DNA of 64,000 bases from Marsupella aquatica (taxonomy: Eukaryota > Plantae > Marchantiophyta): NCBI GenBank assembly GCA_973895155.1, contig OZ316891.1, positions 1,541,324-1,605,323 of the forward strand, read 5' to 3'. Of this stretch, positions 1 through 13,243 are shown piece after piece; within the stretch, counting starts at the first letter, position 1, and every line of letters starts with the position of its first letter. The position numbers and the translations under genes were made by a program. The notes under the pieces are model-generated. The model did not search any database. It was not told the origin of the DNA and saw nothing but the letters and a program-made list of their open reading frames with translations.

Positions 1-1500
1 TTTTTTCGCTACACATTACTCAAGTAAAGGCCATGGAAACAGCAAACAGAAACGACGAGGCTTTAACCGCCACCGTCCATCTCTAAAGCCTGGATCCAGC
101 AGGTTTCTAACCATGGGATAGTAAACAAAGTATAGTCGATTCTACTAATGGATGTCCTGGGGACAGGGGCCTGTGATGCGTTTGGGCTTTGACACTTAGC
201 GCTTTTGTACGGGCGGTTTTTAGCGGACTGTAATGCACCCGGTTGACACAAAGGTTTTCACAACGTGCCTCACATTCAACCAACTATGGACGTCTCAATC
301 TAAATTCAAACATTTTATCTTCATGATGGGTGGTAACATCAACATAACTTTTGCAAATGTATATCATCTATGCCCACCAGCTCTGTAGTGGGCCTGAATT
401 TGCGCATGGTTGTATCTCGTCGTAGTGTAGGAGAGATTTACCATCATGATGGAAAGTTACTTTCATCATTTGGAAACTCCGTAGTGATTTGGAAGGGCTT
501 GTAGAGCAATTTTGGTGAATTCTCAAAAGAAATTGATAAATCACAGACCCATAGCATAGCTCAATGACCAGGGATTGAGAAACTAAATGCCTATCGGTGC
601 GGCATGCTGACAGGGAAATACCCTGTCCTGGCCTTGAATAGATTCATTGCCTTGCTAGGGGATACAACTCCTTACAGTCGTCCATAAAGTGGCATTCCGT
701 CTTAAAAATTAGGCGAAACCAACTTTCCCTCGAGTTATCACCATTACAAGACTGCCTATGAACTTTCAAAAAGACATGAATGCGGCTTCCAATCCATCCC
801 GACTCTGATTTGAGGAAGTTCAGGTAGAGAAACGGCGAAAAAAGTACCCTGAGGGAAATGTTTGGGTGGCCTATCTGATCTATATCTGAGAAATTCAAGC
901 AATTTCTCAATCAAGTGGTTGAGGACAGTCAGATTTGCCATCACAATCACATGAATAACGATCACATTTGTTCACATAACATCTGCTGGTGAAGCCTGGC
1001 AGGTTTTCATAGAACGGAGAAGTTTGTCAAGTCATTCTTAAGCCAGCAAATCCCCGACACATCCACCAATAGACCCATGAAGTGCAAACTCCTACTGAGA
1101 GAACACCACCTGAAGTCATTTTGAGACACCACCGGGTTCAGAAAGAGAAATATAAGCCTCCATGAATGAGAGGGAACTCTCTACAGCAACCTGATAAATA
1201 GAAGTACAATTCTGGAATTCCGAATCAGTCGACCATCTGGACAATAATAATATTAAACACCTTAGGTCCGGCGACGAGGGGATCTCAAATACATGAACCT
1301 ACTCTTAAACTATCCTCTCTGGCAGTTACTAACCAGTGGGAGAGATCGTCAATGAACAATTTTCTCCAAAAATAAAGATAGTTTCCTCATGGATTGGCTA
1401 CCAGTCTCCCGCTCCACGGTCGGGCTACAACTTGAGCACACGGCCGAGCACACTTCAATGCAAGGAAAGGAATTCCAATTTCCAATTCGGTGACGAAGGT

Positions 1501-3108
1501 CTATGTTGACACTAACCCTGCTGTGAGATTAACAACACGGTAGCATTGTAAACTACAAAGAGGCAAACTGGACTTGGCGTCCCGGTACTTGCGAGGATTG
1601 GTGCAGGATGGAGCTGCACACTGCTGTGGAGGGGGTGGGTACACAGGAGTAGAGAATATCTCTGGAAGTTTGGCATCTTCAGACCAAGAAACTATTGTGC
1701 CTTGAGGTCCCAAGGTCCACCGAACGCTATTTGAGGGAGCCTCCAATGCTGCAGCTTTTTTCTCTTGCTTAATCTCTTCTCTTTGCTTTTGCAAACGTTC
1801 CTCTTTCTTCCTCCTGGTTGAGTCTTGGCCCAATATCTTCTGAATTGCAGTAGCCTGCTGCTCTTTGGCAGCTTTTTCAACCACTTGTTTCCGCCGACTA
1901 GCCGCTTCAGCTTTCTTCGCCTGACGGTCCTCCAGACTCAGCTTTGTAGTACCCCGGCGACTAAAATGGGACAACCCATCCGGAAATTCAATCAGATTCA
2001 GCCCTCCATTTGCTTCCCCATCTACATTTGCCAATTGGAGTGATCTTTGACGTGCTGTAAGAGGGGCACTCCTCCCCTTCGCTCCATAAGACAAGGAATC
2101 GGATGTCTTTTTCGCCTGTTTCGATTTAGAACTGGAGTCCATCTCATCATTCCAATCCTCTGCATCAGCATCAGAATCCGAAGAGCCTCTATCCGAGGCA
2201 CCTGCACCATTCTCATTATTCGAGTCACTGTCCTGGCTCCCCGACTTTCCATCTGCATCAGACTGCTTTCTTCTGCCGCTCTTTTGCATACCCACGTCCG
2301 GTACATCATCTTCAAAATCCTCCAGCACCTTCCTCTTTGGAACTCTAGAGCTCTTGCGAACACCACCCTGATCAGCCTGCCGAGCACTTCCAACAGCGGC
2401 AGCAACATCTGGATCGGTCTCTTTCTCAGCCTCTTTGCCCTCAACAGCTCGAGTTTCGGCAGGGTTAAGGTCTTTCTTGACCGGCAAAGGGCGGACATAG
2501 TAGTCATCGTCATCAGAATGGTCCTGAAGGATAAGGCGATGCCTCCGCTTCTTCACAGGCTCCAATGATTTCTTTCGTTTCATATCGCCATTTCGCACAT
2601 CAAATTGTGAGCTTTGCTTTCGCTTTGGTGGGAAGGACTTGCCTTGTCCCCCCTTTAATCTCCCTTTGAAACGAATCCCGGATTGGGTCTTACCCCCTTT
2701 GTCAAATCGTTGCTTCCTGGCTGAAGAGTCCTTTCCACTACCATCTCCTTCATTGTCTCCACTCTTACCGTTCAGTATTCTATGTCTTCCTTGCTTCCGC
2801 TCGGCGATCTCCTTCCAGCTCAGTTCTTTGCCATTGGAATGTCCTCCGTGACGCCTCTCGCCGTCCCTCTCCCGATCCGGAGAATTGTCACGCTCACTGA
2901 TCCTTTTAAATTTCGACAAATGCTTTTGACTCTTATCCGCAGCAGTCACGTCTCTGAGGCCCCTCTTCTTCCTCATCACCTTGCCCTCGAACCTGTGTGC
3001 ACTCCTCCCTTCGTCTCCATTCGCATCCCTACCGTCTTCCATGGCATTTGACTCTTTTTCGCTTATCCCCCTCCTCTCATAAACAAAGTCATTGCTGTGG
3101 TTCTCCAT
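1501..3108 (-). CDS. INO80B: INO80 complex subunit B (IES2)-like protein with PAPA-1 domain and C-terminal zf-HIT; single coding exon
   Basis: Uninterrupted ORF with first ATG at 3108 (MENHSND). It has a charged disordered N-terminus, PLTARQRSLQ...LIEFPDGL, the coiled coil KKAEAASRRKQ...AIQKILGQDSTRRKKEE, VRWTLGPQGTIVSW (PAPA-1) and CAAPSCTNPRKYRDAKSSLPLCSLQCYR (zf-HIT). Confidence 0.9.
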   Translation of the reverse strand: MENHSNDFVYERRGISEKESNAMEDGRDANGDEGRSAHRFEGKVMRKKRGLRDVTAADKSQKHLSKFKRISERDNSPDRERDGERRHGGHSNGKELSWKEIAERKQGRHRILNGKSGDNEGDGSGKDSSARKQRFDKGGKTQSGIRFKGRLKGGQGKSFPPKRKQSSQFDVRNGDMKRKKSLEPVKKRRHRLILQDHSDDDDYYVRPLPVKKDLNPAETRAVEGKEAEKETDPDVAAAVGSARQADQGGVRKSSRVPKRKVLEDFEDDVPDVGMQKSGRRKQSDADGKSGSQDSDSNNENGAGASDRGSSDSDADAEDWNDEMDSSSKSKQAKKTSDSLSYGAKGRSAPLTARQRSLQLANVDGEANGGLNLIEFPDGLSHFSRRGTTKLSLEDRQAKKAEAASRRKQVVEKAAKEQQATAIQKILGQDSTRRKKEERLQKQREEIKQEKKAAALEAPSNSVRWTLGPQGTIVSWSEDAKLPEIFSTPVYPPPPQQCAAPSCTNPRKYRDAKSSLPLCSLQCYRVVNLTAGLVST

Positions 3109-3929
3109 CACAGTGCTGCCAGAGCCGAAACCAAGAGCCTTCCTGGACCCGACGCAACTCAACTGAACCCTAAATCCGACGGCCTCCTCGTTCTGCTCCT
3201 AGGATTCACCAATTTCTCCTCTATACGTTTCCCGTCAAAAAGTTCTTGCTCATCCTTTGTTATCGGTGGTTTCCCGAAGGCCAAACTCCATGAGAACCCT
3301 TAATTCCAATTCTTCCTTGTACAACATACATATTAATTGTCTTCCCACCGTTCATCCACGAAAAGAAGACCCTGTTTCAACCAGATAACCAAGCAGATGT
3401 TGCGACGGGTAACACTTCCACTAAAGTTCTCTTCCTGATCTGGCTTGCGCTCAGCACTATCAAACAAACAGTCCTTTCGAGCAATCAATTTCCAGGCCGT
3501 AAACTCTCGTCTGTTCTCCTCCTTATTGAGACGAGGCGAGACGAGACAAGACGACGCTCCTCGGCGCGTCCCAGCAATCAAATTTCAAATCAATCCCACC
3601 TCTCAAGTGCCCCGCTGCCGCTCCACAACGGCCTTCTCCTCCTCGCTAGACCCAAAAACTGCGTTGAAACGCTGACACCAACCTCCTCCTCCCGATGCCA
3701 AATAGACGCCCACGAACATCGCCCCGCCTCGAAGTCAGGAAAATCGTGTTACAGTACCGACGCGAAACTCTTCCGCCGCCTCCCACACCGACGTTCAGGT
3801 TCTTCCTGACAACAAGAGAGGGCGCTCGAGACCTCCGAACCCACTACTAGAGTCTCATTTTCCAGGGTTGCTTCTTCTTCTCCTTCTTCTGCTTCCGCCT
3901 CCAACCCTAAATTCGGCCCGGTGTCGTGT

Positions 3930-4045
3930 CGTGCTCGCTCGCTCGATCATCGTCCGTTCCCCACGAGGATTCCTGTTCGCTCGCTCGATCGTCGCCCGTT
4001 CCCCGCGAGGAGCATTCCTGCTCGCTCACTCGGCCATCGCCCGTT
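3930..4045. repeat. Degenerate ~45-bp tandem repeat, about 2.5 copies, GC-rich
   Basis: Recurring ctcgctcgctcgatc(a/g)tcg(t/c)ccgttcccc(a/g)cgagga unit. Confidence 0.7.
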
Positions 4046-4325
4046 ACGGAAACCTCGCCCACTGGATTCGAGTTTGCCATCGCGTTCGCCCCTTTCCCAC
4101 CCAAGTCCCCAACTGTGCCGGCCCGGATGAGCAGAAGCTCTGCGCCGATGTACTGCTGCTGCTGCTCCTCAATTGCGGGGGCACATATCGAATTCCCTTC
4201 GCCCAGCAGCATCAGCGATGGCTGGGCGAATATCGATCGCCCTCTCTGCCTCCCTCGCGCAGAGCAATGGCACCATTCTTTGGAACAGTGCCCTCCTCTC
4301 TCCTCACCTTCTTATTAGGCAGCGT

Positions 4326-4790
4326 ACACTCTATGAGAAGGAGGGCCAGGGTAGAGTAGAGTAGAGTAGTGTACTCTATGAGAAGGAGGGCCAGGGTAGA
4401 GACTATGTTTTTGTGGAGGATAATGAAGGTCTGGTCTGGGGTTACTAGCCCTTTCACCTTGACTGGGAAGGCCTTCTGGTCACCATGTTCACCCTTGCCC
4501 CAGATATGCATTATAGTACTTAATTTATGTTGGGAAAAAGGTTGTTTATGGGCAACAGATTATGAGAATAGCAAGGGCAGGCTTTATGTTCGGAAAAAGG
4601 TTATTTATGGGCAACAGATTATGAGAATAGCAAGGGCAGGCTTTATGTTCGGAAAAAGGTTATTTATGGGCAACAGATTATGATCATAGCAAGGGCAGTC
4701 TTTCTGGTCACAGGGTTCACCCTTGCCCAGATATGCAGTATAGTAATTGATTTATGTTCGGAAAAAGGTTATTTATGGGAATAGCAAGGG
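4326..4790. repeat. Local tandem duplications: a 30-bp duplicate and a 59-bp unit in about 3 copies plus a partial copy
   Basis: actctatgagaaggagggccagggtagag occurs twice. tttatgttcggaaaaaggttatttatgggcaacagattatgagaatagcaagggcaggc occurs at ~4524, 4582 and 4641, with a partial copy at ~4750. Confidence 0.85.
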
Positions 4791-6131
4791 CCTCCAGAAA
4801 TTTATGTGTCATAGCCTTTGCCCCCTGGAGATGGGTGTAGTTTTCAGTGGAGGCCTCAATGACCTTTGTTGGCCAGTATTTTGGCATGAATGGAACCAAG
4901 ATTCGGAATGAGCAAGCCGTAGATCAAATCTATATGCCATTCAATTTGCTTTGCTCTCAAAGTTTCAAGAGCGGCTGCCATGAGTGCACTTTGTCATGTC
5001 TCGGATCCGGAGCATTGTCCAACAAAAGGTCATTTAAGCATCCACAGAAACTTATGCTCACCTCCTGGTGGCAACTGGTATAAGTGCAATGTCAGTCTCC
5101 CTCATTGCCCCCTTCCTCTGTGTTGGCAGGTCAAGAGGGAGGAAGTCACTACTCCAAATGCTTCTATTGTTGCTATGTGTGAGGAGGGCACTCAATATTT
5201 GCCTTGCCTTTGTCACGATGGCAAAGCCTCTTTGATGGCAATGGGTATGATCACCACACACTTCAAAATATGTTTCCCAAATCTTTTTGAATTTTTAGCA
5301 CTGCCTTTTGTTCAGCAAGGATTGTTACTGGTATACCAGGTTAGGGTAATTGCCAAATTACCCTATTATTTGGGCACAAACTTGAGCTCCAACATTCAAG
5401 ATCACCATGTTACCTAATTGTGAGATGGGAAATGAGAAACCCAATGAGAGAGCCCTTGGGATTGAATCCATTGGCAAAGTGTCGAAAATACTTGTTGCAA
5501 ATCAATATACGAAGGAGTGAATGGTTCAGGATGGCCAAAAGTGCTATTGTAATAGTAAGTGGTCTAGTGGAACTCTAAACATTTTCTATCTTGAATTGAT
5601 TGGATTACAAACACAATTTGGAACTGGTCGGTGCCACATCTGGGTTACTCACTTTGCTCAAGATCCCCAGATTTGGAACCTTCGTTATGTTATGTTCAAG
5701 CTATTTAACATTCAACTGTGACAGGTAATACTTGGGTTAGCTTTGTTGATACATTTCTTCTTCGGGAGTAATAATAGCTTCTTATTTGTGATAGAGAGAT
5801 GGAAATTTTAGAGACACCGCTGACAATGTGTCACGGCTTGTAGAGATTACTTTGCTCTGGTAGATTTGTGGATTTCCCCACAAACCTCTCGTGAAGGTTA
5901 ACATGGAAATTAAAGAACAAGAGTAGGTGCGGTTCAGAAACATTTTTCATTTCAGTATGGGTTTGTTTGGAATTCAAATTAGCCCGTATTTAACACTCAA
6001 CGTGGGTCATTTTTGTAAGCAAAGGGATTAAGCCCAAGCCAAAGCACAAATGGAGATCAGTGATTTCTACGTCGAAGGACCAAAATCGAAGAGAGGAAAA
6101 ACCAGACGGGTTTCATGCTTATTTCTTCTGA

Positions 6132-9100
6132 TCAACAACACGGGCTATAACAGTCATATGATCCGTTTGTCCAATGCAGATCATTTGTAGAGTATGAACT
6201 GGCGTTGAAATGGTCTAAAAGCTGCTGTAACGTATTCTCCAGCTGCAACGCATACTCTGAAAAATTATTCCGCAATGGACAATCAATGTGACACTTCTTG
6301 ATATAGTTGACATTCAAAGGATTTACTCCGTGGCCACAGTTGCAAAAGTGGAGGAACTTGCACTCCATAGCTCTGCATCTTCTCCATGCGTATAGCCTGC
6401 AGAGCATGTGAGAATCTGCCCAATGCCAGAGACATAATCAACGCCTCATCCACTTCTTCTCAGCAAGAAGATTTAAATATAGCTGCTTGTGGAGCGATTG
6501 TAGTTTCAGCCATGTTTTCGAGTTGTCCAAACAGAGTAGTCGTTGAATACTGGTGTGGTCAGTGTCACATCCTTGAATGTCACAATCCTCAACGTCATCA
6601 AGGATGGCCGGATTCTCTTTGGACAAGCCCTTCTTCAAAAACCTGGCTGAAACTACATTAGACCCTGTACACGCCTGAACTACGTGCACTGACAAATTAC
6701 TCGTCGTCAAAGCACTTCTGCCATACAAACTACTGTGTCCCTATGCTAAATCTGCTTGAGAGTCATTCAATCTGCCACTGTCTCGGCTGCTGTTCGTGTT
6801 CATGCTTTGAACAAAACAATGTCATAAGAAAGTAGCAGGCATAGTGGCAAGAGCCGTATCTACTTAAAAAGACATAGTTACCTTTTCTTCTCAACTGCTC
6901 TATGACGTTGTACAATTCCTTCTCGTCTGGCTTTCTGTAGTAGAAACAGCAAACTTAACTTGAAGCTCAAAAGAACGAGGGCTTTGTTGATATGTTTGCA
7001 CAAGGTAGTTGGAGTGCTTCTTGTAGGAAAAACAGCAGAATGGGGGAGAAGTGACACGTCTTCATGGCTGAAGGTTCTTGTGGCAAAGCTCGTAATTCAC
7101 AAGACCATGCACATTCCACGCTATTTGAATATCATTGCAAACTTGTCTTTGATTCAGTGACCAAGAATTTTGCAGAATGATTCGATAATAACTATAGTTG
7201 TTGGTCTCAGGGATTGAGATGTAAGGAACAACGTTGGGTCTCTAATAGATATTAGAAATAAATTCTAAGGTATCCGTTATAATATAGATTGATTTGATGC
7301 ATTGCCAAGGTCACTAAATTTATTTCAGCAGAATAGAGAATTGAGAAATGTACATCAGCAGAAGCATTTTCTTGACCGAGGAAACTGATTCAGGACCTGT
7401 GCTTATATTTATCTAACGGCGTACCAGGTCTGCTACACTTTTCAACTGCATCTGAACAGCTTCGCGTTGTTTTGCTATGCACTTCTCCCTCCACAACTCA
7501 GCCTTGTGCCTCTTTTCTGCTTTTTGTTGCTCCAGTCTAACAAGAACAAACAGATTTTTGGTAGAATCACTGATACTGGAATATCTAAATGTCCCTAGAG
7601 CCAGCTCAATTTCTTCCTAGAAGGGTCCTCAAGTTGAATGTTCAGTTTAATGCTGTGATTGGATCTAATTCTTACCCATTTATTATGCCAATCAATTAAC
7701 ATTCTTATCCTGTTATAAATAGTCTCTTCAGCCTTCCTGGCACTCTAGTAAGGAAATTCTAGAAGAGGATGAGGTAACAACTTTACACCTCTTTTTCTTA
7801 AGGATATGAAGAGAATGAGCCCGCTCATTTGCACATCGTCTTTCCACTTCCATTGCACATTTCCAAACATCTGAAAAAAACTGCTTACCCTGCAATGCGA
7901 TGCAATGTACTACTCAATCTCCAGTTGGAGGAGTGCATTAGCCCATATTGCTCTGCTGTGCAAGAACTGGCCCTCAACTGAACAGGCAAAACAACTCCTT
8001 TTAGACAATAGAATCCAGATTTCTGAGAAACAATCAACAAGTTTCAGGTGATTCATCATGGGCACCACACAAGATCCCATTCTTAATGAAACATGAAAAC
8101 AAGATCCCTAATCCCATTTGAAATGTCTATATGATCGCATTCCTTGTTTCTCATTTTGAATGTCCAAACAATGTATGCAGTTGTCCCAAAATCATGTCCT
8201 TGTAGAGCCAGCTTATTTAAGGTATTTAAAAAATAATTTTCAGAACATAAAAAAGCAGTACTAATGTTAAATTGTTAGAAAACGTAAAATAGGACTTGTT
8301 AATTCGAGACAGAGAGAGTCGAGGGAGTGCGTGATACTGAAGCACGATGGTACCAACCTACCTGTCCACGGATTTCATATTCCTCTCGGCCCTTCAAGAC
8401 TACCACTCCCATTGGGCATGTGGTCACTCCCTCGCTGCTGAGACTAGAGCCGCTGATAGAAGCATCGAATTGACTCTGCTTCCGTTTGCTGTCCCGAGAA
8501 ACAGAATGGCCAAGTGGTTGCCTTGTGCAAGTTCTGGTGTTATCGTTAACACTCCAGTTTCCAAGAGATGTTTTGGATCTGATATTTTCCTTTCCTCTCA
8601 TCTGAGTATGCCCAACTCTAGAAAATCTGCTTAGCGATGACTGGGATCTTCCAAGAACCCGCACACCACGGCTCTCTACATGAAGGTGCTTTAAATTACC
8701 TTTGGGAGATACTATTTGAGGAAGGATGACTTCAAGATCACCTGATTCTGTGATGTCTGGTGGTGTAGGGCTGGTGGCACTTTCGAGACTTCTCATTTCA
8801 AGGGCTGAAAATGATGTAGGAATGAAGTTCCAGCCGGTGGGAGTGCATGGCTCAGAATTCACTAAATCTGGCACCTGTCAGAAAAAGCGCAGGTTATTGC
8901 AAGCGGTCTACAATGTCCACAATTGGTTTGTGATTGTCGGGGATATACCACAAAGCTGAGAAAACACGATCGAAACAATCTGTGAGACAGAAAATTCAAG
9001 TTCCCTACGGGTTTGTAAGAAACTGCTAAGAGCATTTCCACCTTCCCGAAAAATCATTCGGAGAGGGCATCTTAAGTACATCTTCGTATGAATTGCTGGC

Positions 9101-10376
9101 CTGGATGCAAACCGATTTTGATTCCTCAAATTATAGAATAGTGAGAATCCTGTGCCTTATCAGTTAGAGGTGTTTGTACAAAAAGAGGCTTCGGTAAGGT
9201 ACAATCCGTCGTCTTTGGCACAGCAATCGTGTCCCCTCTCGTATGGTCGTTACTATATGTCTTCTCTACTAGGGAGTCCATTGCTTTCTGTCTCACGAGT
9301 GCCTGTATCATGCACTCTCTATGTAGCTTGGAAATGCCATTTCCCCCCTTGGAATTTTTACGAAGCTCTTTCTCAAGATATAGTCTTACCTTGTCCATCT
9401 TGGGCGCCTGCATTGTCAAATTTCTAAGCTTTAGCAACTGTCAATGATCATTCATAAACAACCATTTCGCTTCAATGTTCTTCCATGCATCGTGTATTGT
9501 ATCAAAGTCATCTCAAGATCAAAGACTTTCCATCTACGTGGGAGTCAATTGAGATCGAACAAACTCTGTACGATTCATATATCCTTGACAACTCATTATG
9601 TCTGTCAAAGCAAACTTTTACATAGATCCAATTCGAAAAATGTAAAACAGATGGGACGTAATATCACCTCTTTAAAGATAGGGCCCAGATCCCTTCCCTT
9701 ATCATGAACGGCAAGGCCATCACACTTAGACCTTCTCAAGTTGCAATTATTGTCAATATGACCAAAGGGAAGCCGGCGAGGCCTTGCTTGTGGGATTCTT
9801 GTGAGGTGCTTTTCTTTAGAAGACACCGCCACGCGGCAGTGCAAATCTTTCAAAAATTTGCCATATTTCTCCTCTTTCTCTTTCTGTCTTGCTTTCGTTG
9901 CTTCTGTTATCTTTGCTGCTGCCTCCTGGGGAATAAATTATACATTCATATGCTAGTATGCACACTCTAGAACTCCAAAAGAATTATGTAAGAGTTTTTT
10001 CATGTCTCTATCTAGTCTGTTGATGTCCAAAGTGGGACTTATGTAATTTGGAGGGACCAATAAGAAGACCTGCCACATGCATCACCAGTAATGGAGGACA
10101 GAACATTCTATTAGGCCGAAACAAAATTATCTTTCACAAACAACAAGTATTTTGCTTGGGCATCGAACTCATTGAACGAGTGAAATGTGCATTTTATGTG
10201 AAAAGGCAAAACATGAGAGAGGAGTTCACCTTGGCATTCGTCAACCACAGTGACAGATTATCTGCCCCATGCTGGCCATAGGTATCCACCATGTCATGGA
10301 GGGGTCCGTGGTGATTCGGATGCATCGTAGCTCGTCCACTCCAAAAGGAACTCCTCTGGCTCCCATCACCAATCAT
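6132..10376 (-). CDS. CCDC15: CCDC15-like coiled-coil centriole protein; multi-exon, with an apparent 1-nt frameshift at 6344-6347
   Basis: Phase-consistent GT-AG exons: 10376-10230, 9925-9668, 9437-9390, 8874-8362, 7889-7789, 7536-7425, 6934-6882, 6415-6132 (an extra exon near 9130-9310 is possible). Three blocks resemble recalled CCDC15 motifs: KARQKEKEEKYGKFLKDLHCRV, CAMEVERRCANE, and RFSHALQAIRMEKMQSYGVQVPPL/CNCG...KCHIDCPLRNNFSEYALQL. Confidence 0.7.
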
Positions 10377-11843
10377 TACAGCGATAACAAACCATCGGTC
10401 TTCCGCTAAGTGGCAGCACAGTAAATCTGTCTGATTCTTTCTGATTTGCTCAGTCCATAAATTGGAAGGAACCTTATTTTCCAGAACCTCAAGAAATCCT
10501 CAATAGGGCCAATTCTGTGATTAAAGTTGAGCAGTGGAGCCGGGAGGTTACATGATACAGAACACGAAGAGCGAGCCCCAAATCATCTCATATTTCTCCG
10601 CTGAAATTGGAGCTCCGGAGTTTATGTACGAAGCATCAGACTGGAATACCGTTACAAATTGATGGACCCTGTGGCAAATTCTTCGCTGTTCTGTCCGTGC
10701 CCATCAGCAATCCAATTGACTGAATGAATGCGATTGAAGAGAAAGGAGGAGGAAATTTTGAAAGCCGCTGAAAGGAGTTTCCAGACACACAATCGATTGT
10801 TCACTAAGCTAATTAAGTCTTCTCGTCCTCGTAGGCAAGCATATCAAAACGTTTCAGCCTAAGACCCGATGGCAGGAAAGATCTCGACGCTGGTGAAAAA
10901 ACAAGAATCCCCAAAACTTGAATACCGGGAGAATTGACGACACTGAAGATAACCGTAAATGTACCTAAATTTCGTTACAAGATGAGGAACGAAGGTCAAA
11001 ACTTCCAGTCTTGCCAACTCGCTCCCCTGGACGAGTACGCCTGGACGCCATTAGCGGAGGGTCTGAAGGCGTTCGGCTTCAAAGAATTCTTGGCGTCAAG
11101 CCACAAACATGTTCCCCGCTGCCAGTCTCTCTGAAAACCCTGTGTTTTTAGGTGACATTCCCCAAGATGGCTGCAATCCCTACTTCTATGTTATCGTCCT
11201 CTGTATTCCCCGCCTTATACCAGGAATTTTACTACAAACAGACACTGCAGATCCTCCCGTGCAGATTGCCGTTAGAACGGCGAGCAGCCAATGTATTAGA
11301 AGTCTTAGTTGAATGAGAGTAACTTATACGAGATGAAACGCAACTGCGGGATCAAATTCTCGAGCTAGGTCGAACAGAAATTACGAAACTTCAAAGTGGA
11401 CGGTCAGAAGCATAACAAATGACAGGAATTTTCGGTCAGTGGAAGGGCTAAAGAATCAGACCGCTCAAATGTGAGGTGAAGTCGGCAACTCACAGTCGAG
11501 CGTCGATGCCAGAATTCGGATTGTTACTTTCTTTAGCTATGACCGACTTGGAAGAACATGAGTTGCTTTCATTTGCTAGCTTACAAATTGAGGATCCCGA
11601 TCGACAGAATTTGCAGAGCTCTGAGATCAGTAATTGATATTGTCAACAAAGCCAGGTGCCATTAACATTTTGGTCTTGGGCGAAGTCTTTCAGTTAGCAG
11701 AAAAGCCGTTTCTTCGACTTCTGGTGGAGGTCTTCCGATGGTTTTTAGAAAGCATGGCAACATCTGGGTTTCAATAATTTCGGGGCCCCAAGAAATGGGC
11801 AAGCATTAACTGGACGTAGATCTAATGCACGGTTTGATCAATG

Positions 11844-12017
11844 ACATTCATCTAGCTTTACCTTCAGTCCCTTCAGCATGAATAACTGGCATTTGTAACA
11901 TTCATCTACTGTAGCTTTACCTTCAGTCCCTTCAGCATGAATGACTGGCATTTGTAACATTCATCTACTGTAGCTTTACCTTCAGTCCCTTCAGCATGAA
12001 TGACTGGCATTTGTAAC
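11844..12017. repeat. 59-bp tandem repeat, 3 copies
   Basis: Near-identical copies of acattcatctactgtagctttaccttcagtcccttcagcatgaatgactggcatttgta. Confidence 0.9.
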
Positions 12018-12444
12018 GGCTCCCTTGATAGAGTTGGTACATTAGGGGGTTTAAACCTCAAAATTTTATTGACCATAACTTAGTAGTTAAAGTTAAGGAC
12101 ATAAATAGTTATAGAACACAAAATTCATGATCCATAAATTTTTGCCATAAACATTGATCATAATTATGCCATGACCTACGTCATGGTAGAGACTAGTAAA
12201 AAACCTTTTCCATAATCCTGTGTGACAAAGCGATGGCCAGTTGTTTACGACCAAAGAAGCCTTGAGACTCCCTACAAGACAGTATCACAACAGGCCTCAA
12301 GTGACGGATGGCCAGAAACATAAATTAGTTTCATGACAGGGACAAAACTTTATTGAACACCTAAAAACATGTCCCAAAAACTTTATTGACTGCCTAAAAA
12401 CATGTCCTATACAGATCAAACTGGCCAAGAAATCACAACCATAA

Positions 12445-12742
12445 GACTCTGGTTGTGGCAATGCTTTTTTGACACACCAAACTTTATGGACTACATAAAA
12501 ACGTGCCCCATAAAGATCAAAATGTGAATAGCGTGACAACTAGAAGACTCTGGTTGAGCAGTGCTTTGACACACCCTAATAAATGGAAAGGCCAAGAGTA
12601 AGGTTGTGGCAGTGCTTTGACACCCTCACAAATGGACGACTCTGGTTGTGGTAGTGCTTTGACACACTCTAAGAAATGGAAAAGCCAAGAGTAAGGCTGC
12701 GGCAGTCCTTTGACACACCCTAATAAATGGACAGGCCAAGAG
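12445..12742. repeat. Degenerate tandem array, probably a TE subterminal remnant
   Basis: Recurring gactctggttgtggcagtgctttgacacacc and aaatgga..ggccaagag modules. Confidence 0.65.
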
Positions 12743-13243
12743 CAAACCCAGAGTACAAACCAACTCGGATTGCTTCGTTTGACATATCATGCAATTCGCT
12801 TGCTAACTTCAGCGATAAGATATCACTGTCCTCCTCGATACCACAGGTCACTCCAGGGTAGCCTTTCATAACTTGATTAATGCTTTGCTAGACGGGCAAT
12901 TGACTTAGCTTGTTTAGAGGTTGCATTGAGATACATAGTTCACCCTGAGTCTTCCCTTGAGACCACCGATTTGCTGATTGAACAGGCGTGGGCATTGTCA
13001 CAAAAAAAACAAAACATGTGCGCTAGGATTCCTGTGTCCCCGCCTAATTGGAACAATATCCTCTCGACTCTGTCCAAGGAGCCCACAAGGTGATAACTAC
13101 ATCAAACGGAGGCCAGTTTTCCTCTTTTCCGTTGGTCACTTCATATATATACAATTAATATGAGAATCGTTCATATCGTCCAACCTGACATCTTCTGGGC
13201 AAAGAAGGTTCCAGCACAATTCCTCTCGCAACGTGAGTCAAAT

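Noticed and set aside
3868-4683. Several 100-160 aa ORFs on both strands
   Set aside because: They overlap GC-rich and tandem repeats and contain no recognisable domain.
6438-6728. 96-aa minus-strand ORF as the last exon of the CCDC15-like gene
   Set aside because: It lies inside the intron 6881-6416. The 6882-to-6415 junction is phase-consistent and restores the CCDC15-like motif.
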